Shown here: piece by piece, positions 36,072-45,331 of the stretch | Position numbering within the stretch: the stretch's first letter is position 1 | How the letters are laid out: every line of letters begins with the position of its first letter | DNA from: a virus | Direction: 5' to 3' (one strand) | Length of the DNA stretch: 64,000 nt | IMG/VR virus record: IMGVR_UViG_3300021478_000794 | Coordinates: 25,391-89,390 of that record | Program-made: the position numbers and the translations under genes | The notes under the pieces: model-generated | Told to the model about the DNA's origin: nothing | Seen by the model: only the letters and a program-made list of their open reading frames with translations | Databases searched by the model: none

Positions 36072-37478
36072 TTAAAGCTGGCTGAACGGGTTCGTCCGGT
36101 GCCGAGTCATAATCCGGAGGAGATCGTGCTCCTCGGCCTTCGACTCTTTTAGCTTCTTCGATTCGCTCGCCGATCCGGAAGGCCCGATGACCTTACAGTC
36201 GCCGGGGCCGAGCGAAGATTTTCCGCTTCCCTTCGTCCCGTCCTTTACCTTCTGGTCCTCGCCGCCGACCTTCGTCGCCGTCTCCCCGGTCCCGTCTTCT
36301 AGATCTTCGTCGGTATCCGCCGCTTTCTTTCCGTCGCCCGGTCCGGCCATATCGCAGTCGCCCGGCCCGATCGCCGCCGTTCCCGATTTCCCGCCCTTCG
36401 TCCCGTCGGTCCCGGTTAGATCCTCTCTAATCCGCGACTCGTCTTCTTTCTCTTTCTTCGGCTTATTATCCGCCGTCGCTCCGGCTTTCGGTTTTTCTCC
36501 GGCCTTCTCCTTCTTCTTCGCGAGGATCTTCTTCATGAACTCCGGATCCCCTTCCGCGATCTTACTCGCGTCCTTAACGCCGTGTTCCCGACAGAGCGCG
36601 ACGAGCGCGGTCGAAATCTCTTTCTCCTCGCTAAGGGCGGTCTGAAGCGTCCCGATCTCGGTCTTCGCCCGGGCGAGAAGGGCCTTATTCCGTTCGATCC
36701 GCGCCTCCCACTCTTTCGACCCTTCGACCGTCGCGAGCTTCCGCCGGGCTTCTTCGAGTTCTTTAAGAAGGGGATGATGCACTCTAATCCGTTCCTTTAG
36801 CTCGTCGGCGAAATTCCGCCAGCGTTCCCCGTAAACCGCGCTCTCCCGGAGCCGGGCGATAACCTGGACCGCCGCTTTAAGTTCTTTCGATTCGAACGAA
36901 GTTTCCTTCCCGAAATCCTCTTCTCCGCCGCCTTCGTCGCCGTTCCCGCCGATCGGCGCTTCCGCGAAATCGTCTTCGCCGCCTTCCCCGCCTTCTTCCC
37001 CGCCCGATTTAGCGCTAGAGATTAGGCCGTGAACGTCGACTTCGCCTTTATCTAAAAATTCCTGATAAGCACCGGAAAGATCGGCGGTCTCTTCGGTTCC
37101 CGGGCTCATCCCCTTTAGGACCGCCTTTAGGACCTCGTCGAAAGCGCCCTGATCGACGGAGGAGCCTTCCATTCCCTCCTCGCCGCCGTTCTCTTCCCCT
37201 TCGACGCCCGGCGGAAGATCCGAGCCGCCTTCGGTCGGTTCGTCGACCTTATCCTCGAAACCGGCGCTAAAATCGTCCATCTCCTTTAGGAGCTTATTCC
37301 CGTAGGCCGATACGGCGCGATCTTCGGCGATATAGTTAGTGATCGTCGTCCTCATGTCGTCGAGTTCTTCGGTGAGGCCGACTTTCTCTTGAAAGCCGAG
37401 TTTTCGAACGTTGGTGGAGGTGATCCGCTTAAGAGCGACACCTACCTTACGCATTTCACCAATTAAATTTTTGGACAT
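36072..37478 (-). CDS. nested in-frame scaffold (gp22-like) product
   Basis: GTATTTAG motif at 37502-37509 inside the protease gene, upstream of in-frame ATG (MSKNLIGEM). Confidence 0.55.
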   Translation of the reverse strand: MSKNLIGEMRKVGVALKRITSTNVRKLGFQEKVGLTEELDDMRTTITNYIAEDRAVSAYGNKLLKEMDDFSAGFEDKVDEPTEGGSDLPPGVEGEENGGEEGMEGSSVDQGAFDEVLKAVLKGMSPGTEETADLSGAYQEFLDKGEVDVHGLISSAKSGGEEGGEGGEDDFAEAPIGGNGDEGGGEEDFGKETSFESKELKAAVQVIARLRESAVYGERWRNFADELKERIRVHHPLLKELEEARRKLATVEGSKEWEARIERNKALLARAKTEIGTLQTALSEEKEISTALVALCREHGVKDASKIAEGDPEFMKKILAKKKEKAGEKPKAGATADNKPKKEKEDESRIREDLTGTDGTKGGKSGTAAIGPGDCDMAGPGDGKKAADTDEDLEDGTGETATKVGGEDQKVKDGTKGSGKSSLGPGDCKVIGPSGSASESKKLKESKAEEHDLLRIMTRHRTNPFSQL

Positions 37479-38132
37479 AGGACTGGTTTGGGAAGTTGGA
37501 ACTAAATACTCTCGACTCTCGGCAGTTTCACTCGATTCTCTTTTCGCCGCTTTCGACGACCGGTTTTCTCCCGCGACCGGTTTAACCCGCGCTCCCGGGA
37601 CGGAGTTATCGGCGACGAAGTCCCAGGTAATAAGGGTAAACGACTCGGGGATAACCCGCTGGACCCCTTCGTTCATCGCCTCCTCGACTTCCCCTTCGCC
37701 CCGGGAAGAGATCCCGACCGGTACTCCGGCCTCTAGTAAAGCCCCGGCCTTCCGTCCGTCGGGGGTATTAAGAACCGTCGCCTCGCCCCAAATTTCCCCG
37801 TTCCCTTTATCCCAGGCCTTCGTAACGATATGCGAAATCGGGCCGGTTAACCGGGTTATCCCGTCTTCCGGATGCTCTAGCATCCCGACGACGCTATTTT
37901 CCCGGATCCGGTTCGTCCAGCTCTCCTCGTTTAGGACCCGATCGAAGAGCGCCTTCGGATAAATCCGGTTATTGGCGTTTTTCTCGTCGTACTTCTGAAA
38001 TAAGCCGCGCACCTTCATGAGCGGCTTAACGACGTCCGAGTTACCTTGGATTTCGATATCCTCCGTTAAATCGTCTTTAACGATTTCGAAACGGAAAGGG
38101 ATCGGAGCGGATTCTAGAATTTGACGTCCCAT
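36072..38132 (-). CDS. gp21: prohead protease (T4 gp21-like) fused to a scaffold-like region
   Basis: N.N.RIYP, G.LEHP, SH.V, LNTP.G, GISSRG.G, TWDFVA..S..GA; long acidic/coiled C-terminal region. Confidence 0.88.
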   Translation of the reverse strand: MGRQILESAPIPFRFEIVKDDLTEDIEIQGNSDVVKPLMKVRGLFQKYDEKNANNRIYPKALFDRVLNEESWTNRIRENSVVGMLEHPEDGITRLTGPISHIVTKAWDKGNGEIWGEATVLNTPDGRKAGALLEAGVPVGISSRGEGEVEEAMNEGVQRVIPESFTLITWDFVADNSVPGARVKPVAGENRSSKAAKRESSETAESREYLVPTSQTSPMSKNLIGEMRKVGVALKRITSTNVRKLGFQEKVGLTEELDDMRTTITNYIAEDRAVSAYGNKLLKEMDDFSAGFEDKVDEPTEGGSDLPPGVEGEENGGEEGMEGSSVDQGAFDEVLKAVLKGMSPGTEETADLSGAYQEFLDKGEVDVHGLISSAKSGGEEGGEGGEDDFAEAPIGGNGDEGGGEEDFGKETSFESKELKAAVQVIARLRESAVYGERWRNFADELKERIRVHHPLLKELEEARRKLATVEGSKEWEARIERNKALLARAKTEIGTLQTALSEEKEISTALVALCREHGVKDASKIAEGDPEFMKKILAKKKEKAGEKPKAGATADNKPKKEKEDESRIREDLTGTDGTKGGKSGTAAIGPGDCDMAGPGDGKKAADTDEDLEDGTGETATKVGGEDQKVKDGTKGSGKSSLGPGDCKVIGPSGSASESKKLKESKAEEHDLLRIMTRHRTNPFSQL

Positions 38133-38167
38133 ACGAAAGAAATTGCTACCTAAATACCCGGCGGGAA

Positions 38168-39133
38168 CTAATTCTTCATTAGGCTCCGGTCGACTTCCTC
38201 GGCCATCTCTTTTATCACCCCCGTCCGAATTATCCTTTCGGCGTCAATTTCATCGCTCTCTTCGAGGTAAGCCTCGATCTCGTCCTCGATCGATTCGGAC
38301 TTCTGGCTCCCGCCGAGCGAATCCTTTGCTCCGCGCATCGCGAGATTAATCTTCCGGGCGATCGACGATAAGGAGGCGTCGCTTACGACGATATGGGGCA
38401 TCTGCTCGTGCATCGCGTCTTTTATTTCCCGTCTAATCGCGTAGGCGCTCGGAACGTTACAAGTCGCCGTAACCGTATGGGTATAAAGCTCGAACTTCCC
38501 GTCGACCCGCTCCGACGGTAGAAGCCATAGATGGACCCAAACGCCCCGGGTAACGTTCTTAGCCTCTAGGTCGAACTCGATAATCGCGTTCGCTTTTAAA
38601 AGTTTCCGCCGGGTCTCGACCATCCGGGCCTCGTTTAAGGCCGCGTACTCCTCGGTATAAAAGCTCTCCCCTCGCGGAGCCCCTAGCGCCGCGTTTTTAG
38701 GAGCGGGCGACCGCCGAGGTTTAAAAACCGCGCCTTGCGAACCGGAAGGCGGTTTTTCTTCCCCGCCCGGTTCGATTTCCGGCGGCGGTTTTTCTCCGCT
38801 CGGCGCGACTCCCGACGACGGCGCGGCGGCGGACGGCGGCGCTTCGGCTTCCTTTCCTTCCGGCGAGTCAATACTCATCGCCGGAGTCCCGGAAGCGGGA
38901 GTCGGCGGAGCCGGAGCCCGAAAAACGGCGGCTTCCTCGGGGGAGGTATGCGAAGTATTAAGAATCGTTAGCTCGACCCCTTCGATCGGAGCCGAAGGGA
39001 GATAGCCGATAACCGTCGCCCCCCGCCATAGCTTCCCGTAAGCGACCGAATAGGCTCCGACCTTAATCCCGGTCGTTAAGATATTCGGGTTCGACCGGAG
39101 AGCGCTAACGACGGTTTGTAAATCATTAGTCAA
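38168..39133 (-). CDS. hypothetical head-associated protein
   Basis: Upstream of the protease; P/E-rich linker. Confidence 0.6.
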   Translation of the reverse strand: MTNDLQTVVSALRSNPNILTTGIKVGAYSVAYGKLWRGATVIGYLPSAPIEGVELTILNTSHTSPEEAAVFRAPAPPTPASGTPAMSIDSPEGKEAEAPPSAAAPSSGVAPSGEKPPPEIEPGGEEKPPSGSQGAVFKPRRSPAPKNAALGAPRGESFYTEEYAALNEARMVETRRKLLKANAIIEFDLEAKNVTRGVWVHLWLLPSERVDGKFELYTHTVTATCNVPSAYAIRREIKDAMHEQMPHIVVSDASLSSIARKINLAMRGAKDSLGGSQKSESIEDEIEAYLEESDEIDAERIIRTGVIKEMAEEVDRSLMKN

Positions 39134-40370
39134 CTAATTTACTCCATTCGCCCGCCCGTTCGACGTTCTTCTCTAGAACCGACTTCGCGACGACCGGTTT
39201 CGAAGTCCCTAACTCGAATTTTTCGAGTTTCGATAGTTCCTCGTTGAGCCGGATAACCGGCCCCTCTCCGGACCAGGGGCCCCGCGCTCCGCGCTCAAAG
39301 TTTTCCCGGGAGGCTTGCATATGCCGGAGCATGTTATGGACCTGCTTATCGGAGGCCGGAGGGATATCCTTCGCCGCCGGAGTCCCTTCCCGCTCTTCGC
39401 CGCCTTCCTCCTTATCCGGCGCTTCCGGAATCGGGTTATCCTCGGCGGCTTTCTCCTCTTCCGCGTCCCCGCCTTCTTTCGCCCCGAAGATTAACCGCCA
39501 GTCGTCCTCGGTAAATTTAAAGTCGTCGAACCGCTTCTCCTTCTCGTAATCCGACCCCGGATCGAGAGTTTTACGAAGAACGGTATCGACCGAGCGGCCC
39601 GGTAGCTGAGTAATATCCTCCCGGAGCTTCTCGGGAAGGTAAGCGATCGAATACTCCATTTGGACGATCGCCTCGAAAACCCGGAGTTTCGCGCTCTCGC
39701 TTAAAGACGGCTCGATCGAGACCCAGATTTTCCGGATCGCCTCCGAAGTCGTCGTCGCGTCCGGCTTTAACTCGGAGAGGTTAACGTCGGTCTCCTCATT
39801 AGTATCGAGAAAGCGGACGTGCGCCTTACTCGCGTCCTTCGTAACGACGACCGCTTTCCGGCCCCGGAAATTAACGATCCCGTTTAAATCGTTCGCCGGG
39901 TTCCCGGTCGGCCCGGGTACGGCGGCGGGCCGGGTCGTCGTCGCCGGAGTCGGGATCTTCGTTATCGGGAAAGCGTTCGGAGCCCCCGAGACCGTCATTC
40001 CCATCTCGAATAACGGCCCTCCCCGTTTATGCGCGAGCTGGGTAAACGGGACGGTCATAATCCCGTTCGACCCCCAGAGGAGAAACTTTAAATCGACGTT
40101 CTCTAGGAGATCGAGATTATCGACCGAGACTAAGGCGTAATCCGGGGTTTCGGCGAGGATCTTAACCTCGGTCGTCCCGTTTAAATAAGCGGTCCGGGCC
40201 GCGCCCGGCTTTAACCCGAGGCTTTCCCGGAGCTTCTTTACGCAACTATCATACTCCCGTTTCCGTCCGTTCTCGGTAAAGGAGCGTTTAATATTTCGCC
40301 ACCGCTTCTCGATCTCCCGAACCGGTTTCCCGCTTACGGCGGCGTAGCGTACTATGAGACCCGAAGACAT
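39126..40370 (-). CDS. hypothetical head/core protein
   Basis: N-terminal A..SGK...EIEKRW motif; several [LI]-x-E sites (LRE, LSE, LNE). Confidence 0.6.
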   Translation of the reverse strand: MSSGLIVRYAAVSGKPVREIEKRWRNIKRSFTENGRKREYDSCVKKLRESLGLKPGAARTAYLNGTTEVKILAETPDYALVSVDNLDLLENVDLKFLLWGSNGIMTVPFTQLAHKRGGPLFEMGMTVSGAPNAFPITKIPTPATTTRPAAVPGPTGNPANDLNGIVNFRGRKAVVVTKDASKAHVRFLDTNEETDVNLSELKPDATTTSEAIRKIWVSIEPSLSESAKLRVFEAIVQMEYSIAYLPEKLREDITQLPGRSVDTVLRKTLDPGSDYEKEKRFDDFKFTEDDWRLIFGAKEGGDAEEEKAAEDNPIPEAPDKEEGGEEREGTPAAKDIPPASDKQVHNMLRHMQASRENFERGARGPWSGEGPVIRLNEELSKLEKFELGTSKPVVAKSVLEKNVERAGEWSKLVD

Positions 40371-40381
40371 AATTTAAAATT

Positions 40382-40981
40382 TTAGAGAGGAGGAGGGGCT
40401 CCCGCTCCGCCGCCCGGAGCCGGAGGTCCGCCCGCCCCGCCCGGAGCCGGAGGTCCGCCGGGCGCTTCCCCGCCGGGAGCTTCCGCTCCGGCTTCGTCCT
40501 CGCCGGGGGCTCCGCCGCTCGGATTAGCGAGAACCTCGCTTAAAGCCTTAATGAGATGCGCCTTAAGCTTCCGGAGCATCTCCGAATCGTCCTCTTTTAG
40601 CTGGATCTGCTGACGTAAAATATTAAGGTTACTGGCGACGCTTTCCGGGGGCGCGTTATTAACGGGAATGGCGGCCTGGATAACCGTCGCGAGCTTCGTA
40701 TACTCCTCTTTCTCGGGGAGCATAGTTATCTCTTCGGAACGGTCGATAATCGTCTGATACGCTTGGTTTAACCAGGTAATCGCCCGCGAAACGTCGAGCC
40801 CTTCGACGACGTAGCCCGATTCGGAGACGATCCGCGAGAACCGAACTCCGGCGTTTTCCGTTTTCGTCTCCTTCGCGGTTTTCGCTTCTTTCTTCTCTTT
40901 TTCCGCCGCCTTAATCTTCGCCCGCTGGGTCGGATTTAACCGGGATAAATAAATCTGTCTTTCCCGACTTCGTAGATTCAT
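40382..40981 (-). CDS. hypothetical protein with G/P-rich tail
   Basis: ORF in structural run. Confidence 0.6.
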   Translation of the reverse strand: MNLRSRERQIYLSRLNPTQRAKIKAAEKEKKEAKTAKETKTENAGVRFSRIVSESGYVVEGLDVSRAITWLNQAYQTIIDRSEEITMLPEKEEYTKLATVIQAAIPVNNAPPESVASNLNILRQQIQLKEDDSEMLRKLKAHLIKALSEVLANPSGGAPGEDEAGAEAPGGEAPGGPPAPGGAGGPPAPGGGAGAPPPL

Positions 40982-40991
40982 ACCATTTTCG

Positions 40992-41468
40992 TTAATAAAG
41001 CTCGCAAGTCCCCGTCGTCCAGGCTTCCACCTTTAGCGACGCCCCGGTTACTTTTACCCGGACGACCAGCGTATCCATACCCTTATCTTTCGAGGTCGGC
41101 ATGAGAAAAGCGGCGTTAACCTTACCGCCCGGAACGACGGTTACAACTCCTCCCGTCCCGACCGGCGGCGCAAAAGTCGGTACCGACCAGACCGGAGGCG
41201 TTACGCTTGGATTACTAGCGGGAGAACCGTAAAGGTCGACGTCCTGCTTAATTAGAGCGGTCGAAAAGGCCGCCGTCGCGGGAACGTCGAACTCATTTCC
41301 CAGATACATGTCGACCTCGGTAAAATTCGAAACCACCTCACACTTCAGATACGAATACCCCGAACCGGCTATGGGCGACCCCCAAGACGTATAAAGCGAC
41401 CGCAAATCCCCGCCCGCCGAGAGGAAATGGGTGGAGGCTTGAAGGGAACGAGATAAATTATTTTGCAT
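40992..41468 (-). CDS. hypothetical beta-rich virion protein
   Basis: GTAGTTA motif upstream. Confidence 0.55.
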   Translation of the reverse strand: MQNNLSRSLQASTHFLSAGGDLRSLYTSWGSPIAGSGYSYLKCEVVSNFTEVDMYLGNEFDVPATAAFSTALIKQDVDLYGSPASNPSVTPPVWSVPTFAPPVGTGGVVTVVPGGKVNAAFLMPTSKDKGMDTLVVRVKVTGASLKVEAWTTGTCELY

Positions 41469-41504
41469 ATAACGCGCCGAGAGGTTTTCTAGTCCCTTAA
41501 CTAC

Positions 41505-43721
41505 TTATTGCGTCGATTGATAGGAGGGAGGCGGCGGGGCTTGAGGCGCGGCGGGAGAAGAAGGCTCGGCGGGGGTAACCGGTTTCGGCGGCGGCGGAAG
41601 TTTCCGGATCTCCTCTTCGCCCGGTTCTTTCTCCGGCTCGATCTCCGCTTCCGGCGCTTCCGGAACCTCCATTTTCTGGTACTGTTCCTCCGCCTCCCGC
41701 ATAAACCGTTCCCGGTCCCGGGCGAGGGTCTCCTGTTGCTGCCGGGAAAGATCCTTCGAAATCGTTAGCTCGGCGTCGTCGGTAAGGTAACGGACGGTCG
41801 CGAGAATATGCTTACAAAAGCCGGGCCGGGCCGCCGGATTCGTAAAGATCGGAGCCTTTCCGTTATCGGTCCGGCCCGCCGGAGTCGTTACCCCGGCCTT
41901 AACGTTCGCCCAGCTCATCCGATACTTAAAATCCTTGCAGTCGCACGACACCTCGACTAACATTCTCCGGAGATCGGAGCCCTTTAAAACCTGGGGCGGG
42001 ACCTTCTTTCCGAAAAAGCGCTGGATATTCTGGGCGGCTTTCCCGAGGACCCCTTTTAGTTTTTCGAGCCAGTTTACCTTCCCCTTCTCGGGGACGAATT
42101 TTACGTAACCCCTATGGGGCTTTCCTTCGGTTGACGGATGGGACTCGAAATTAAAGGCGAGATCGACCGTCCCGTCCTGCATCATGACGAGGGCGGGTGG
42201 CGAGGTATGGACCGCCCGGACGGTCCGTAACCGCGTCCGCCAGTAGCGGGCCGTCGCCGTTAGCATCTGGTTGTAGGTTAGGGATTCGAGGAGGAGCGTC
42301 GTCTCGCAAAGCGCATTAAAGAGAGCCCTTCTTAGGCTCTCCGCCGTATAATCCCGGACGACTAGTCTCGGGTAACCCGAGAGAAGATCCCGCCCGGTCG
42401 TTTGTAAAATCTTCTTTAACTGCGCGACATTACGCTCTTTCGTAAAGGCGGACCGGCTCGCCCGGGTCGACGTTTTTAACTCTCCCCAAGTCGTCTTAAC
42501 GAGTTCCCGGTTATTACGGGCGTCCATGATCGCGATCGGATGATTATCCGGAATACTCCGGCCTAATTTCTCTAGGTCCGAATTTCCTAACTCTAGGATC
42601 GCCGCGAAATTAATCGGGTTCCCGTTTGTATAAAGGTAACCATGCCAGAAGAGGATCCAATTCCAATTTTCGATCGCCTCCGCCGCCATTATCTTTAAAT
42701 ATTTCCGCATCGCCCTCGCATAGGCCGGATACATCGCCGGTTCCTTCGGCCGCATCGGCGGCGGATTTTCGTCGTACCAAGTCGCCGCCTTATTATCGGC
42801 ATTTAGAACCCGGGTTAAATTATGCCCTAAAGCGAGAATCGGCGCGTCGTCGGGACTCGCCGACCATTGGGTATCGTTAACCGGAAAATCCCGGTGGGTA
42901 GGGACATGGTACCAGACCCCATCTTTTAAATCGCCCTCCGGAAAGGCCGCCGGGGGCATATCTCCTCCGGCGGGATCTTTTACGTCCTCCCATCCTTTAG
43001 CCCCCGTCGTCCCGGTATCCGCCCCGGGCCTATCTCCTCCCATAGTCCCCGTAGCCGCCTCTTGCTCGAAAACGAGCGACTCGGTCCTCCCGCCTTTTTT
43101 AGCTTGACCGTGAGCCTTAAGGGCGTTCGCAATTATTTCGTCGGCGGTATTCCCGGCGGCGTTACTCGCCATCTCCTGCGCTTCCGTCGCCGTAAATCCC
43201 ATACCCCGAAGCCCTTTAATAGCGGCGGCGACTTCTCCGGGAGGAGGACCGGTCGGAGTTACCGGGGGCGGCGGAGTCGAGGATTGCTGCCCCGATTGAC
43301 TACTACTACTCGCTCTCTTTTGCTTATTGGCTTGCGACCGGTCGCAATGTTTCTGAATATGGAGAAGACCGTAATACTCGGTATTCTGACCGGTAGAACC
43401 GGGGCTCGAAATCCCGGTAATCGAAAGGTCCCGGATTTGCCGGAGCCCGTAGTCTCCATTTAAAAAATCGAAGAAAACGCGCCCATATTCGCTAAAGCTA
43501 TGGTCGGCACCTCGATATTGTACGAGGGTATCGATTACCGAGCGGACCCCCGTCCCGTCGAAAACGGGAGCGTCGTCTAACGTCCCCCAATCCTTTATAA
43601 AAACGTCGAAAGTCCCCGAACCGGGAATCGTCAGGGTCGTAACCGGCTCGTTAGCTAGTTTCGTCTTCGGATCGCGATCTTTAGCGGTTAGGGCGGTTAC
43701 GAGTTTCGGGTGAAGCGGCAT
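41505..43721 (-). CDS. multidomain protein with RuvA-CTD-like helical bundle and SWIM zinc finger
   Basis: AAIKGLRGMGFTATEA...ADEIIANAL; VSCDCKDF...FCKHILA. Confidence 0.7.
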   Translation of the reverse strand: MPLHPKLVTALTAKDRDPKTKLANEPVTTLTIPGSGTFDVFIKDWGTLDDAPVFDGTGVRSVIDTLVQYRGADHSFSEYGRVFFDFLNGDYGLRQIRDLSITGISSPGSTGQNTEYYGLLHIQKHCDRSQANKQKRASSSSQSGQQSSTPPPPVTPTGPPPGEVAAAIKGLRGMGFTATEAQEMASNAAGNTADEIIANALKAHGQAKKGGRTESLVFEQEAATGTMGGDRPGADTGTTGAKGWEDVKDPAGGDMPPAAFPEGDLKDGVWYHVPTHRDFPVNDTQWSASPDDAPILALGHNLTRVLNADNKAATWYDENPPPMRPKEPAMYPAYARAMRKYLKIMAAEAIENWNWILFWHGYLYTNGNPINFAAILELGNSDLEKLGRSIPDNHPIAIMDARNNRELVKTTWGELKTSTRASRSAFTKERNVAQLKKILQTTGRDLLSGYPRLVVRDYTAESLRRALFNALCETTLLLESLTYNQMLTATARYWRTRLRTVRAVHTSPPALVMMQDGTVDLAFNFESHPSTEGKPHRGYVKFVPEKGKVNWLEKLKGVLGKAAQNIQRFFGKKVPPQVLKGSDLRRMLVEVSCDCKDFKYRMSWANVKAGVTTPAGRTDNGKAPIFTNPAARPGFCKHILATVRYLTDDAELTISKDLSRQQQETLARDRERFMREAEEQYQKMEVPEAPEAEIEPEKEPGEEEIRKLPPPPKPVTPAEPSSPAAPQAPPPPSYQSTQ

Positions 43722-43914
43722 GGGTCTCCGTTAAAATACCCTTTTTCGGAGTCGTTCCTTCCAGGCCCGAGACGGCGGAGCGAACGAGGTTTATCGATTC
43801 CGCTTTTTCCCGCTTCCGCTTTTCCTCGTCGGCGATCGCTTTCGCCCGGGCCCGCCGCCGCTTCCGCCAGATCGTCCCCCCGAGAATGTAGTACTGGAGA
43901 ATGTTCTGATTCAT
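43681..43914 (-). CDS. small hypothetical protein
   Basis: GTAATTC motif 7 nt upstream. Confidence 0.5.
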   Translation of the reverse strand: MNQNILQYYILGGTIWRKRRRARAKAIADEEKRKREKAESINLVRSAVSGLEGTTPKKGILTETHAASPETRNRPNR

Positions 43915-43956
43915 GTCGTTAGAATTACTAACCCGGCCTCACGAAATGTAGAAGGT

Positions 43957-44403
43957 ATGAATTACACCGAACAAACCGAACAAGTAGAGCAGGAGGAATA
44001 CGTACCCCCATCCCCGGAATGCCGCTACCGCGCCGCGCTTAAAAATTCTTACGAGAAACTTTCCGCCCATTGCCATCGAACTTGGTCGGAGGACGTAAAC
44101 GCGAAAATCGACGTCCGGCCCTATATTGTTTTATTCGGGGATAGCTATACCGACGCTCTAAATGCGATGGAAGCGACGGTTGAAGACCATCGGGGCCGCT
44201 TTATAGAGTGGTTGGAGATCCGTAATTTTCTCGCGAAGAAGCAGGGTAAGCCCGCGTCTCAGGTCTCTTGGTGCGACATGTTGGGAGAGAAAGATCGACG
44301 AATCATGTTCGGACGTCCGGACGAACGGGAAGACGAAAAGGATAATTTAGCGATCTCGCCTTTCGGTTTTTTCCAGGAATTCTTCCGGAGACTCTTCGCT
44401 TAA
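43957..44403 (+). CDS. hypothetical protein
   Basis: CGAAATGTA motif 6 nt upstream. Confidence 0.65.
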   Translation: MNYTEQTEQVEQEEYVPPSPECRYRAALKNSYEKLSAHCHRTWSEDVNAKIDVRPYIVLFGDSYTDALNAMEATVEDHRGRFIEWLEIRNFLAKKQGKPASQVSWCDMLGEKDRRIMFGRPDEREDEKDNLAISPFGFFQEFFRRLFA

Positions 44404-44897
44404 TCGGTTTTCGTATCCTTCGAGAAGACCTTCCCGACGTCGTTCTTTTCGAAAGCGTCCTTCGAATATTCCTTATCCGGGTCGCGCTTCCCGATCTCAC
44501 CTTCTTCCCCGACGTCGTCAATTACCCGGTTAACCGTAAAATAGACCTTTACGACGTTCTCGTCCTGCATCCGGGAAACGATCGCGAACCCCTTATCGTA
44601 GCACCACTCCTGCATCCCCGCTAAACTAAACGATTCCTCGTTATGGTCCGCGTAGGCCTGGGGATCGAAATAGACGCAGAGCAGCTCATCGTTCTCTTTC
44701 GCCGGACGGACGAAAGCGTCCTTCCCGAAAACCTTATTAAGCGACGCGAGTAAGGGGCCGAAATCCGCCGGATAAAGATCCTCGGCCTCGATCGGGTCGA
44801 TTTCCTCTTCCCCGCCGGAACCGGGATTTTCGTCCGAGAGATCGCTCGAAAGACGCTGGTTGAGCTTCTCGATTAATTTTTCCAGGGAAAGAGCCAT
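44400..44897 (-). CDS. acidic hypothetical protein
   Basis: ORF in structural run. Confidence 0.6.
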   Translation of the reverse strand: MALSLEKLIEKLNQRLSSDLSDENPGSGGEEEIDPIEAEDLYPADFGPLLASLNKVFGKDAFVRPAKENDELLCVYFDPQAYADHNEESFSLAGMQEWCYDKGFAIVSRMQDENVVKVYFTVNRVIDDVGEEGEIGKRDPDKEYSKDAFEKNDVGKVFSKDTKTD

Positions 44898-44901
44898 TCT
44901 T

Positions 44902-45306
44902 TTAGAGAGTGCCGTTGGTAAAATTAGTCGAAGTCGAAGGAGCGACCGTTACGATCCCGAAATTGACCTGGGCCCCGCCGGACGAGGAAGCTAAAAGTCT
45001 TAGGAAAGAAGCCGAAGTCCGTACATTTATCATAACCCGGTTCGTAATAATCGAGGGATTAATCGGGGTTAAAACCCCGCTACAGCTAAAGTTCCCGGCG
45101 ACCCCGCCCTCGACCGAATCGCTCGGGAGATCGGTAAAGGCCGCCGGGACGTTGGAATTGGCGACCTGGATCCGGTAGCTTATGTAGTTTACGGTATCGA
45201 GATTTTCAAGAAAGATCGCGAGTCCCTCCGCGTTCGGGGCGCTAACCGTAAAAACGGGGGATTCCGTCGAAGTAATTGTAGCGGTCGAGTAGCGGTCGAG
45301 AATCAT
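44902..45306 (-). CDS. hypothetical beta-sandwich virion protein
   Basis: GTATTTAG motif upstream. Confidence 0.55.
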   Translation of the reverse strand: MILDRYSTATITSTESPVFTVSAPNAEGLAIFLENLDTVNYISYRIQVANSNVPAAFTDLPSDSVEGGVAGNFSCSGVLTPINPSIITNRVMINVRTSASFLRLLASSSGGAQVNFGIVTVAPSTSTNFTNGTL

Positions 45307-45331
45307 ACGCGGTTACGCCCTAAATACCGCG

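Noticed and set aside
36187-37962. Long antisense ORFs (36187-36645, 37411-37962 and similar ones elsewhere)
   Set aside because: They are shadows of well-supported genes on the opposite strand, with no promoter motifs or recognisable domains.
38395-38425. IKDAMHEQMP as another tag copy
   Set aside because: Only MHE matches; it lacks S-G-W-D and is mid-domain.
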